Positions 55,308-64,000 of a DNA stretch of 64,000 nt are shown piece after piece. Position 1 is the first letter of the stretch. Every line of letters starts with the position of its first letter. The DNA is taken from NCBI GenBank assembly GCA_050725855.1, contig JBOHIU010000214.1, forward strand, positions 32,838 through 96,837, given 5' to 3'. The stretch is from Xanthobacteraceae bacterium. GTDB lineage: Bacteria; Pseudomonadota; Alphaproteobacteria; Rhizobiales; Xanthobacteraceae. The notes under the pieces are model-generated. The model saw only the letters and a list, made by a program, of their open reading frames with translations, did not search any database and was not told the DNA's origin. The position numbers and the translations under genes are program-made.

Positions 55308-55781
55308 ATGAGCATCATCAGTCTTGCGCAGGCCGAGCGCATCATCGACGCCATTATCGAGCGTGGCGTCGCTCTGGATTGTCGGCCGTTGAGCGTCATT
55401 GTGGTCGAACCGGGTTGCAAGGTGAAGGCCTTCAAGAAGGAGGATGGATCCTCGATGATCCGCTTCGAGATGGCGTATGGGAAAGCCTACGCGGCGCTGG
55501 CCCTCGGACGCAGTTCCAAGCTCGTGCATCAGCGGGCCGAAGAGCGCCCGATCTTCATGCGCTATCTGATTGCGGCGAGCGGCGAGCAGATTTTTCCCGA
55601 GGGCGGCGGCATGCTGATCCGCGACCACAGCGGCGAGGTCATCGGCGCGGTTGGTGTCACCGGAGACACCGAGGACCGCGACGAGGAGCTTGCTGCCTTG
55701 GGCATCCGCGCCGCGGGTCTGAAGACCGACGAGGATTGCGCCGGCATGGGCCGGCGCGCCGCCCTGCGAACGACGAAATAG
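55308..55781 (+). CDS. GlcG/HbpS-like (DUF336) putative heme-binding protein
   Basis: 157 aa. LSLAQAERIIDA..., GKAYAALALG, GAVGVTGDT. Confidence 0.85.
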   Translation: MSIISLAQAERIIDAIIERGVALDCRPLSVIVVEPGCKVKAFKKEDGSSMIRFEMAYGKAYAALALGRSSKLVHQRAEERPIFMRYLIAASGEQIFPEGGGMLIRDHSGEVIGAVGVTGDTEDRDEELAALGIRAAGLKTDEDCAGMGRRAALRTTK

Positions 55782-55941
55782 GAGAGATTCGTTTCCCGCG
55801 CGCGGTGCAGCGCACAGCGTCGCACCGCGGACGCGGGATCGTCCCAAACTCTGAGCTTGTTACGACTCCGGGTCTGCAATGCAGCACTTCGCTATGCTAC
55901 GTGCTGCGCTGCGCCCGGGAAATTTTGGAAGGTGAGGCACC

Positions 55942-56985
55942 ATGAAAGTCGGACTTTTCGATCACATCGAGGATGGCGCCCGGCCGCTGACGACGCTGTT
56001 CGACGAACGTTTGAAATTCGCGGAAGCCGCCGAAGCCGCTGGCATGTATTGCCTGCACCTCGCCGAACATCACGCCACGCCGCTCAACATGGTGCCAGTG
56101 CCGGGGGTGTATATGGGCGCGCTGGCGCGCGCGACCAGGCGTATGCGGATGGGCCCGCTTGTCTATCTGTTGCCGCTCTATTCGCCGCTGCGGATGATCG
56201 AGGAAATCTGCATGCTCGATCATCTGAGCTACGGCCGTCTTGATGTCGGCGTGGGCCGCGGCGTCTCGCCGTACGAGCTGAAGTACCACAAGGTCGAGCA
56301 CGAGGACTCGCGCGATATTTTCTTCGATGCTTTCGCCTGCCTGAGCGCGGGCCTGACCACCGATAGGCTCACCTACAAGGGCAAGCACTACATCTACGAA
56401 AATGTGCCAATCGTGTTGCGCCCGCTGCAGCAGCCGCATCCGCCGTTCTGGTATGCCTCGTCGAATGAAATCGGATCGACCTGGGCAGGCGAGCATGGCC
56501 TGCACTTCGTGACGCTTGGCCCGACCGCCTTTGCCAAGATCAACATTGAGGCCTTCAAGACGGCGTTCGCCAAGCGTGGCGCTGCGGCGCAGCCCAAAGC
56601 GGAATTCCCGGGCGGCATCGTCATCGGCGTGCAGCGGCACATCTTTGTCGCCGATACCGATGAGGAAGCGCATCGATTCGCCAAAGCGCCGATGGAAGCG
56701 CACCTCGCGAATCTGAATTGGCTGCGTGTCACACACGGCGTGACCGGCCTCACCTCGCGCCTCAACGTGCCGCGCGGCGCAACCTACGAAGCCGGTTTGG
56801 CCGACGGCTCGGTGATCGCTGGTTCGCCGCGGACCGTGCGCGCGGAGATCGAGCGGCAGGTCAAGGAACTGGGCGTCAATTACCTGCTGACGTATCTCTT
56901 CCTCGGCACCATGTCGCTCGCGGAGGCATTGCGCTCGTTGAACCTGTTTTCAAGTGAGGTGATGCCGTATCTGGCGAAATTGTGA
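55942..56985 (+). CDS. LLM-class (luciferase-like) flavin-dependent oxidoreductase
   Basis: 347 aa. MKVGLFDH..., LDHLSYGRLDVGVGRG. Confidence 0.85.
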   Translation: MKVGLFDHIEDGARPLTTLFDERLKFAEAAEAAGMYCLHLAEHHATPLNMVPVPGVYMGALARATRRMRMGPLVYLLPLYSPLRMIEEICMLDHLSYGRLDVGVGRGVSPYELKYHKVEHEDSRDIFFDAFACLSAGLTTDRLTYKGKHYIYENVPIVLRPLQQPHPPFWYASSNEIGSTWAGEHGLHFVTLGPTAFAKINIEAFKTAFAKRGAAAQPKAEFPGGIVIGVQRHIFVADTDEEAHRFAKAPMEAHLANLNWLRVTHGVTGLTSRLNVPRGATYEAGLADGSVIAGSPRTVRAEIERQVKELGVNYLLTYLFLGTMSLAEALRSLNLFSSEVMPYLAKL

Positions 56986-56992
56986 GGATGGT

Positions 56993-57820
56993 TTACTTCG
57001 CGGCCTCGTCCGCCGCCTGCTTCGCATCGGCCCGTAGCGCGTCCGGATGCGGCATGGCGATGACATTGTAGCCGGAATCGACGAAATGGATTTCGCCGGT
57101 CACGCCGGTCGAGAGATCCGAAAGCAGATAGACCGCCGCGCCGCCGAGTTCGTCGAGCGTAATACCCCGATGCAGCGGCGAATGCCGCTGCTGAAACGCG
57201 AACATTGAGCGTGCATCGCCAATTCCAGCGCCGGCGAGGGTACGGATCGGGCCGGCCGAAATGGCGTTGACGCGAATGCGGTCCTTTCCGAAGTCCACGG
57301 CGAGGTAACGCACCGAGGCCTCAAGCGCCGCCTTGGCGACGCCCATGGCGTTATAGTTCGGCATCGCGCGCAGGCCGCCATTGTAGGTCAGCGTGACCAT
57401 CGCGCCGCCGTTCGGCATCAGGGCCGCGGCGCGTTTGGCGCCTTCGGTGAAAGAAAAGCAGGAAATCATCATTGTGCGCGAGAAATTCTCGCGCGTCGTG
57501 TCGGAATAGCGGCCGGTGAGCTGGGTCTTGTCGGAAAACGCGACCGCATGGACCAAAAAATCAATTGTGCCCCACATGCGGCCGACCTCGGAGAACACAG
57601 CATCGACCGAGGCGATATCCTCGACATCGCATGGCAGGACGAGATCGGCGCCGACCGAAGCTGCAAGCGGTTTGACGCGCTTGCCAAGCGCATCGCCCTG
57701 ATAGGTGAACGCGAGCTTTGCTTCATGCGCGGCGAGCGTGCGGGCAATGCCCCAGGCGATAGAATGATCGTTGGCGACCCCAATGATCAGGCCGCGTTTG
57801 CCGTGCATCAGCCCCTGCAT
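56993..57820 (-). CDS. fabI: enoyl-ACP reductase (NADH)
   Basis: 275 aa. GKRGLIIGVANDHSIAWG, YNAMGVAKAALE, NAISAGPIRT. Confidence 0.93.
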   Translation of the reverse strand: MQGLMHGKRGLIIGVANDHSIAWGIARTLAAHEAKLAFTYQGDALGKRVKPLAASVGADLVLPCDVEDIASVDAVFSEVGRMWGTIDFLVHAVAFSDKTQLTGRYSDTTRENFSRTMMISCFSFTEGAKRAAALMPNGGAMVTLTYNGGLRAMPNYNAMGVAKAALEASVRYLAVDFGKDRIRVNAISAGPIRTLAGAGIGDARSMFAFQQRHSPLHRGITLDELGGAAVYLLSDLSTGVTGEIHFVDSGYNVIAMPHPDALRADAKQAADEAAK

Positions 57821-57836
57821 GCATTGATTCCTGTGT

Positions 57837-57954
57837 CGTCATTCCGGGGCGGCCCGAAGGGCCGAATCCGGAATCTATAGCCCCAGCATTGGGTGTTATG
57901 CTGCAGCACGGAGGTCATGGATTCCGGCTCTCGCCGCGCTCGGCCGGAATGACG
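57837..57954. repeat. 118-bp palindromic intergenic element with CGTCATTCCGG / CCGGAATGACG termini
   Basis: CGTCATTCCGGGGCGGCCCGAAGGGCCGAATCCGGAATC ... GGATTCCGGCTCTCGCCGCGCTCGGCCGGAATGACG. A half copy lies at 60630..60671. Confidence 0.8.
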
Positions 57955-57964
57955 GAGGGACAAG

Positions 57965-59182
<1,218 letters not shown>

Positions 59183-59294
59183 TTTTTGCCTCGTCCGCCC
59201 TTGCCCGCCAAAGCGGCTTCTTCCGTCCGGCGCGGTCAATTTCTAATGGAGCGCAAGCCGGCGCGAAAGCCCCGTTTCGCCCTTCGGATGCCGC

Positions 59295-59831
59295 CTACGC
59301 CCCGCTCGGCTGGGGCGCGGCATTCTGAAACAGGCCCACTTTGAGATCGAGGGCCCGGTAGATCACGTTGCCGTCGGCGGAGAGCCAGCCATCGGCAATG
59401 CCGAGCACCAGCTTGGAGCGCATCACACGCTTGATATCGATGCCATAAACGATGTTCTTCATTGTCGGCAGGACCTGCCCGGAAAGCTTGATTTCGCCCA
59501 TGCCGAGCGCACGGCCTTTGCCGGCCGCCCCGACCCAGCCGAGAAAGAAGCCAAGCAATTGCCACAGCGCATCAACACCGAGGCAGCCCGGCATCACCGG
59601 ATCGCCCTTGAAATGACAAGGGAAGAACCAGAGATCGGGCTTCAAATCGAGTACCGCGCGCACCAAGCCCTTGCCGTATTCGCCGCCCGCTTCCGCGATC
59701 TCGGAAATACGGTCGAACATAAGCATCGGCGGTAACGGCAATTGCGGACCCTCGGCGAAAAGCTCGCCGCGCCCGCAGGCCAGGAGATCCTCGTATTCGA
59801 AATTCGAACGGCGTTCCTGCATCCACGTCAT
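59295..59831 (-). CDS. fabA: 3-hydroxydecanoyl-ACP dehydratase/isomerase
   Basis: Start at Met57 or Met60 of ORF 59295..59999. [38 protein letters not shown]. Confidence 0.92.
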   Translation of the reverse strand: MTWMQERRSNFEYEDLLACGRGELFAEGPQLPLPPMLMFDRISEIAEAGGEYGKGLVRAVLDLKPDLWFFPCHFKGDPVMPGCLGVDALWQLLGFFLGWVGAAGKGRALGMGEIKLSGQVLPTMKNIVYGIDIKRVMRSKLVLGIADGWLSADGNVIYRALDLKVGLFQNAAPQPSGA

Positions 59832-59957
59832 CTCCGCCCGGCGCCCCCGCCAGGCAGTACCCAATTTCCTAACATATGGGGACAAAGCGGCAAAGCCGCA
59901 TCCCTTCGCCCTCTGCAATAATGCGGTCTCAGTGGAAAGGCGATTGGCGCGAGGCAG

Positions 59958-59985
59958 TTGCGCACTTTGCGGGTGAGCGTATAAT
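59958..59985 (+). promoter_or_regulatory. sigma70-type promoter candidate for irr
   Basis: TTGCGC (59958..59963), 16-nt spacer, TATAAT (59980..59985). 65 nt upstream of the irr ATG. Confidence 0.4.
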
Positions 59986-60050
59986 GATTTCACTTGCAAC
60001 GATCTCGTTCAGTGACCGTGCGGAACAGCGCGGCGCCGTCTGGTGCAGTC

Positions 60051-60539
60051 ATGAATCAATCTCGTCCAGCCCTTTTGGGCCCCCCCTCGCAAACCCACAT
60101 GGCGCCGGCGCGTCCGGACTATACGGGCTGTCCTTGGCATGACGTCAAATCGAAGCTGCGCGAAGTCGGCTTGCGTCCGACACGCCAGCGCATGGCGCTG
60201 GGCTGGATTCTGTTTGCCAAGGGCGACCGCCATGTGACGGCGGAAATGCTTTACGAGGAAGCCACCCACGCGAAGGTGCCGGTTTCGCTCGCGACCGTCT
60301 ACAACACCCTGCACCAGTTCACCGACGTGGGGCTGTTGCGCCAAGTGGCTGTGGACGGTTCAAAAGCCTATTTCGATACCAACAATTCCGCTCACCACCA
60401 CTTCTTCGTCGAGGATGAGAACAACCTCCTTGATATTCCGGCAGATGACGTTGTCGTCGGCAAGGCGCCGATCCCGCCCGATGGCTACGAGATTGCCCGC
60501 ATTGACGTGGTGGTACGGCTGCGGCGTAAGCAGGGTTGA
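60051..60539 (+). CDS. irr: iron response regulator Irr (Fur family)
   Basis: 162 aa from the internal ATG. TGCPWHD heme-regulatory motif, GLRPTRQRMALGWILF, VSLATVYNTLHQF, HHH motif (SAHHHFFVED). Divergent from fabA, as in Bradyrhizobium. Confidence 0.92.
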   Translation: MNQSRPALLGPPSQTHMAPARPDYTGCPWHDVKSKLREVGLRPTRQRMALGWILFAKGDRHVTAEMLYEEATHAKVPVSLATVYNTLHQFTDVGLLRQVAVDGSKAYFDTNNSAHHHFFVEDENNLLDIPADDVVVGKAPIPPDGYEIARIDVVVRLRRKQG

Positions 60540-60671
60540 GCCCTGTCGTTGCAGCCGGGCGCGCAACCCACCGAAACCGCGAAGCAATGGCCGGCCATCT
60601 GAGCGCTCGGTTCGGGGGCGTGATTAGTAGGGATTCGACCTGGCGCTGCTGGCGCCCTCCGGAATGACGGA

Positions 60672-61187
60672 TCAATCGATCTTTTCATTGGGGTAGACCC
60701 CCCAAAGATCGTCTTGCTCGACCCAGCCATCGAAGTTCTTGCCGACCAGGTGGCACCAGATGCCATTACAGGCCGTGACGGTGCCGAGAACACCTTCCTC
60801 GAGTTTCGCCATCACCGGGCTCCTGGTTTCGGGCGCTTCGTGCAGCAGGGCGAGACCGTTCTTGTCCTTCATTTCGATGGCGGCCGTCCGCTTGCCGGAG
60901 AGCAGCGAGTGATAGACCCAGCCCTCCGACCCGTCCGAATCCCGGATACGCCGCCAATTCTCGAACTCGGCGGTGATCTCGACGGGCCAGCCAACGCGCG
61001 TGAAGATGAAGGAAACGTCGTGATCCTTGTCCGGACCGCCGCGCACATTGACCCGGTCGGCCTTGATGCTGACGAAGCGTGGAACCGGCAGCCCGCCCGT
61101 TTCGGCTTGGTTGCCGGCATGGGTTGGGCCGACGGTCGTTGCGAATGTGAGCAGAGCCGCAAAGGCCGCCCGGAGCCATGCGATCAT
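60672..61187 (-). CDS. secreted bacterial SH3-like domain protein (DUF1058/COG3807)
   Basis: Start at Met62 (MIAWLRAAFAALLTFATTVGPTHA signal peptide). LPVPRFVSIKADRVNVRGGP...GWPVEI...WRRIRDSDGSEGWV. Confidence 0.8.
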   Translation of the reverse strand: MIAWLRAAFAALLTFATTVGPTHAGNQAETGGLPVPRFVSIKADRVNVRGGPDKDHDVSFIFTRVGWPVEITAEFENWRRIRDSDGSEGWVYHSLLSGKRTAAIEMKDKNGLALLHEAPETRSPVMAKLEEGVLGTVTACNGIWCHLVGKNFDGWVEQDDLWGVYPNEKID

Positions 61188-61466
61188 CAGCCTCCCATGC
61201 CACAGTGCCGCCGCGGCATGCCCTGACCTCGTTTGTATGCAGTCTCGCCGGGAACTCCCGGCGCTTGGTGGGAGCGCGGCCCATCTGCTAGAGAAAATTG
61301 CGAAGCCAAATCCCCGCTCCCAAGTGTCGGCGAGCGGGGTTAAGGAGACCTGAACGCGCGCATGCGGCAAACGCGCCCTGCTTGGTCAACCGGGCAAGAT
61401 CAGGGGAAGGTCCCTGCGGTTGCTGCGCTGTGACCTCGCATTCGGGCCCACCACGAGAGGCAGGCA

Positions 61467-62468
61467 ATGGCACAGGGCAAGAAGGCGTTGGTCGTGGTTA
61501 CCCGCCGGCTGCCGGACAGTGTCGAGATGCGCATGCGCGAGTTGTTCGACGCGCGGCTTAATGCCGACGATGTCCCGATGACCCAGGCGCAGCTGGTCGA
61601 CGCCGCCAAAATCGCGGAGGTCATTGTTCCTACCGTGACCGATCACATCGATCGCACGGTGCTCAGCCAATCCGGCGAAGGATTGAGGTTGATCGCCAAT
61701 TTTGGCAACGGGGTCGACAACATCGATGTGGCGACCGCCGTGCAGCGTGGGATTACCGTCACCAACACGCCCGGCGTCCTGACCGAAGACACTGCCGACA
61801 TGACCATGGCGCTCATCCTCGCGGTGCCGCGGCGGCTGGCCGAGGGGGCCAATGTGCTGACCGGTAATGTGGATTGGACCGGCTGGACTCCAACCTGGAT
61901 GCTCGGCCATCGCATTTGGGGCAAGCGGCTGGGCATTGTCGGAATGGGCCGGATTGGCCAAGCTGTGGCGCGCCGCGCGCAGGCCTTTGGCCTGAAGATC
62001 CACTATCACAACCGCCGCCGGGTGGCGCCGCGGATCGAGGAAGAACTGCACGCGACCTATTGGGAAAGCCTCGACCAGATGTTGATGCGAATGGACATCA
62101 TCTCGGTCAATTGCCCACACACACCCGCCACTTATCACCTGCTTTCCGCGCGCCGTCTCAAGCTTATTCGACCCGAGGCCTATGTGGTCAACACCGCGCG
62201 CGGCGAAGTGATCGATGAGAACGCGCTCGCGCGCCTGATCGAAGCCGAGGAAATTGCCGGCGCCGGCCTGGATGTGTTCGAGCATGAGCCGGCGGTCAGT
62301 CCAAAGCTGGTCAAGCTCGCCAAAGCGAACAAAGTCGTGCTGCTGCCGCATCTCGGATCGGCCACGCTCGAAGGCCGCGTCGATATGGGCGAAAAGGTCA
62401 TCGTCAACATCAAGACTTTCATGGACGGTCATCGCCCGCCCGACCGCGTCCTGCCGTCGATGTTGTAA
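61467..62468 (+). CDS. D-isomer-specific 2-hydroxyacid dehydrogenase (glyoxylate/hydroxypyruvate reductase type)
   Basis: 333 aa. GIVGMGRIGQAVARRA NAD-binding motif, NTARG, LPHLGSAT. Confidence 0.88.
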   Translation: MAQGKKALVVVTRRLPDSVEMRMRELFDARLNADDVPMTQAQLVDAAKIAEVIVPTVTDHIDRTVLSQSGEGLRLIANFGNGVDNIDVATAVQRGITVTNTPGVLTEDTADMTMALILAVPRRLAEGANVLTGNVDWTGWTPTWMLGHRIWGKRLGIVGMGRIGQAVARRAQAFGLKIHYHNRRRVAPRIEEELHATYWESLDQMLMRMDIISVNCPHTPATYHLLSARRLKLIRPEAYVVNTARGEVIDENALARLIEAEEIAGAGLDVFEHEPAVSPKLVKLAKANKVVLLPHLGSATLEGRVDMGEKVIVNIKTFMDGHRPPDRVLPSML

Positions 62469-62491
62469 GCGTGCCAGGCAGAAACGACGCG

Positions 62492-64000
62492 ATGCGAAAT
62501 TCTTGCCGATGCGTGCCGGGGCGCTTCGTACGGTTTCTGGCGTTGATCGCGGTCCTGCTGCTGTCTGGCGCGGCGTTCGGCCAAGATCAGGCCGGCAACG
62601 GACAACAACGCCTCCAGCACGCCCAGGAAGCCGTCGCACATGACGGCATGGTGGTGGCCCAAGAACCGCAGGCGGCGCGCATCGGGGTCGCCATCCTGAA
62701 GCAAGGCGGCAATGCGATCGACGCCGCGGTCGCGGTCGGGTTTGCGCTTGCCGCCACCTATCCGCGCGCCGGCAATATCGGCGGCGGCGGCTTCATGGTG
62801 ATCCACCGCGCCAACGGCCAGGACGTCGCGATCGACTATCGGGAGACGGCACCACGAGCGATAACCGACAAGTCATTCCTCGATGCGCGCGGCAATGCCG
62901 ACCCGCAGAAATCGCGCAATTCGGCGCTGGCCATCGGCGTGCCGGGCACAGTCGCCGGCCTCGCCCTTGCCGAGGAGAAATTCGGCTCCGGCCGTTTCAC
63001 GCTGGCGGATCTCATGGCGCCGGCGATTGCGCTGGCGCGGGATGGTTTCACGGTGACCCTGCACACACTGTCGCCAGCGCCGTCTGATCCGTCGCGGCTT
63101 AAACGCTGGCCGTCTTCGGCGAAGTTATTTTTCAATCCCGATGGCAGCATCTTGCAGCCTGGCGAGCGGCTGGTGCAACCCGACTTGGCCAAATCGCTGG
63201 AAGCGATTGCCAAAGGCGGTCCGCGCGCTTTCTACCAGGGTCCGATCGCGGCCAAGATCGCCGCCGCCATACGGACGGCGGGCGGCGTCATGACGGTCGA
63301 CGACCTGAAAAATTACCGCGCCATCGAACGCAGGCCGGTGCGCGGCACCTATCGCGGCTACGATATCGTCTCCATGCCACCGCCTTCTTCCGGCGGCATC
63401 GAACTCATCGAGATGCTCAATATTCTCGAAGGCTACGACCTCACACACGCCGACCAGACGCAGGAATTATTTCTGCTTATCGAAGCGATGAAGCGCGCCT
63501 ACGCGGATCGCGCGCTCTACCTCGGCGATCCGGATCAGGTTGAAAATCCAGTGGCGCGGTTGATATCGAAGGATTACGCGGCGACGTGGCGCGCCACCAT
63601 CGATTCCACGCGGGCAACTCCGGCCAATGCAATCGGCGCCGGAGGCGTCGTCCAGCCGGAAGGGCGCAACACCACGCATTTCTCCGTGGTGGACCGCTTT
63701 GGCAACGCGGTCTCCAACACCTACACCCTCAATTTCATTTACGGGCTCGGAATGGTCGCGGAAGGTACCGGCATTCTGCTCAATAATGAGCTTGACGATT
63801 TTGCGGCCAAGCCGGATTCGCCAAACGCCTTTGGGCTCACCGGATTCAAGGCCAATGCGCCCGGGCCCGGCAAGCGGCCATTGTCTTCCATGACGCCGAC
63901 GATCGTGCTCAAGGACGGAAAGCCGTTTCTCGTTACCGGCTCGCCCGGCGGCAGCCACATCACAACGGCGGTTCTTCAGGTGATCGTCAACGTGATCGAC
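62492..64000 (+). CDS. ggt: gamma-glutamyltransferase, N-terminal 503 codons; continues past the window end
   Basis: Open at the window edge, so absent from the ORF track. My translation gives MRNSCRCVPGRFVRFLALIAVLLLSGAAFG...GMVVAQEPQAARIGVAILKQGGNAIDAAVAVGFALAATYPRAGNIGGGGFMVIH...TTHFSVVDRFGNAVS...GSPGGSHITTAVLQVIVNVID. Confidence 0.88.
   Translation, partial: MRNSCRCVPGRFVRFLALIAVLLLSGAAFGQDQAGNGQQRLQHAQEAVAHDGMVVAQEPQAARIGVAILKQGGNAIDAAVAVGFALAATYPRAGNIGGGGFMVIHRANGQDVAIDYRETAPRAITDKSFLDARGNADPQKSRNSALAIGVPGTVAGLALAEEKFGSGRFTLADLMAPAIALARDGFTVTLHTLSPAPSDPSRLKRWPSSAKLFFNPDGSILQPGERLVQPDLAKSLEAIAKGGPRAFYQGPIAAKIAAAIRTAGGVMTVDDLKNYRAIERRPVRGTYRGYDIVSMPPPSSGGIELIEMLNILEGYDLTHADQTQELFLLIEAMKRAYADRALYLGDPDQVENPVARLISKDYAATWRATIDSTRATPANAIGAGGVVQPEGRNTTHFSVVDRFGNAVSNTYTLNFIYGLGMVAEGTGILLNNELDDFAAKPDSPNAFGLTGFKANAPGPGKRPLSSMTPTIVLKDGKPFLVTGSPGGSHITTAVLQVIVNVID

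Noticed and set aside
59955-60001. TTGCGC / TTTGCG / CTTGCA hexamers around the irr promoter as the non-canonical Fur site described for B. japonicum irr.
   Set aside because: I cannot recall the exact published site well enough, and the hexamers are degenerate. I reported only the -35/-10 candidate.

Overview
GC-rich alphaproteobacterial chromosome segment. Synteny and protein sequences point to Nitrobacteraceae/Bradyrhizobiaceae (Bradyrhizobium/Afipia/Rhodopseudomonas-like): irr divergent from fabA-fabB-fabI, Irr carrying the GCPWHD heme-regulatory motif, alpha-type AddAB, a DivL-type kinase and a 1600-aa NAD-GDH. About 50 tightly packed, intact, mostly housekeeping genes. I found no rRNA, tRNA, CRISPR array, transposase, integrase or prophage genes. 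The left 9.4 kb is a metal-acquisition block. It holds a truncated NiCoT nickel permease with a NikR-type 6-16-6 operator, then three minus-strand transcription units: FbpABC-type Fe3+ ABC importer, OprB-family porin, and a secreted beta-propeller translationally coupled to a Tat-dependent Dyp/EfeB peroxidase. Each unit is preceded by the same 20-nt AT-rich box resembling the Irr iron control element. The structure least explained by genes is a family of ~160-bp double-hairpin intergenic elements. There are six copies in two sequence subfamilies that keep the same architecture through compensatory stem changes. Each hairpin is bracketed by CTAG, and three copies end exactly on the TAG stop codon of the neighbouring gene. 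Other points: a FitA/VapB-like ribbon-helix-helix domain fused in frame to the N-terminus of CoaBC, preceded by a perfect 15-bp-stem palindrome; a Tyr at the phospho-acceptor position of the PAS kinase (DivL signature); a candidate terminator-bounded sRNA between gdhB and an M48 peptidase gene; and a second palindromic repeat family (CGTCATTCCGG...CCGGAATGACG). No recognisable new defence or secretion-type gene system is visible. The novelty candidates are the repeat family, the non-canonical EfeB-centred iron cluster and the RHH-CoaBC fusion.
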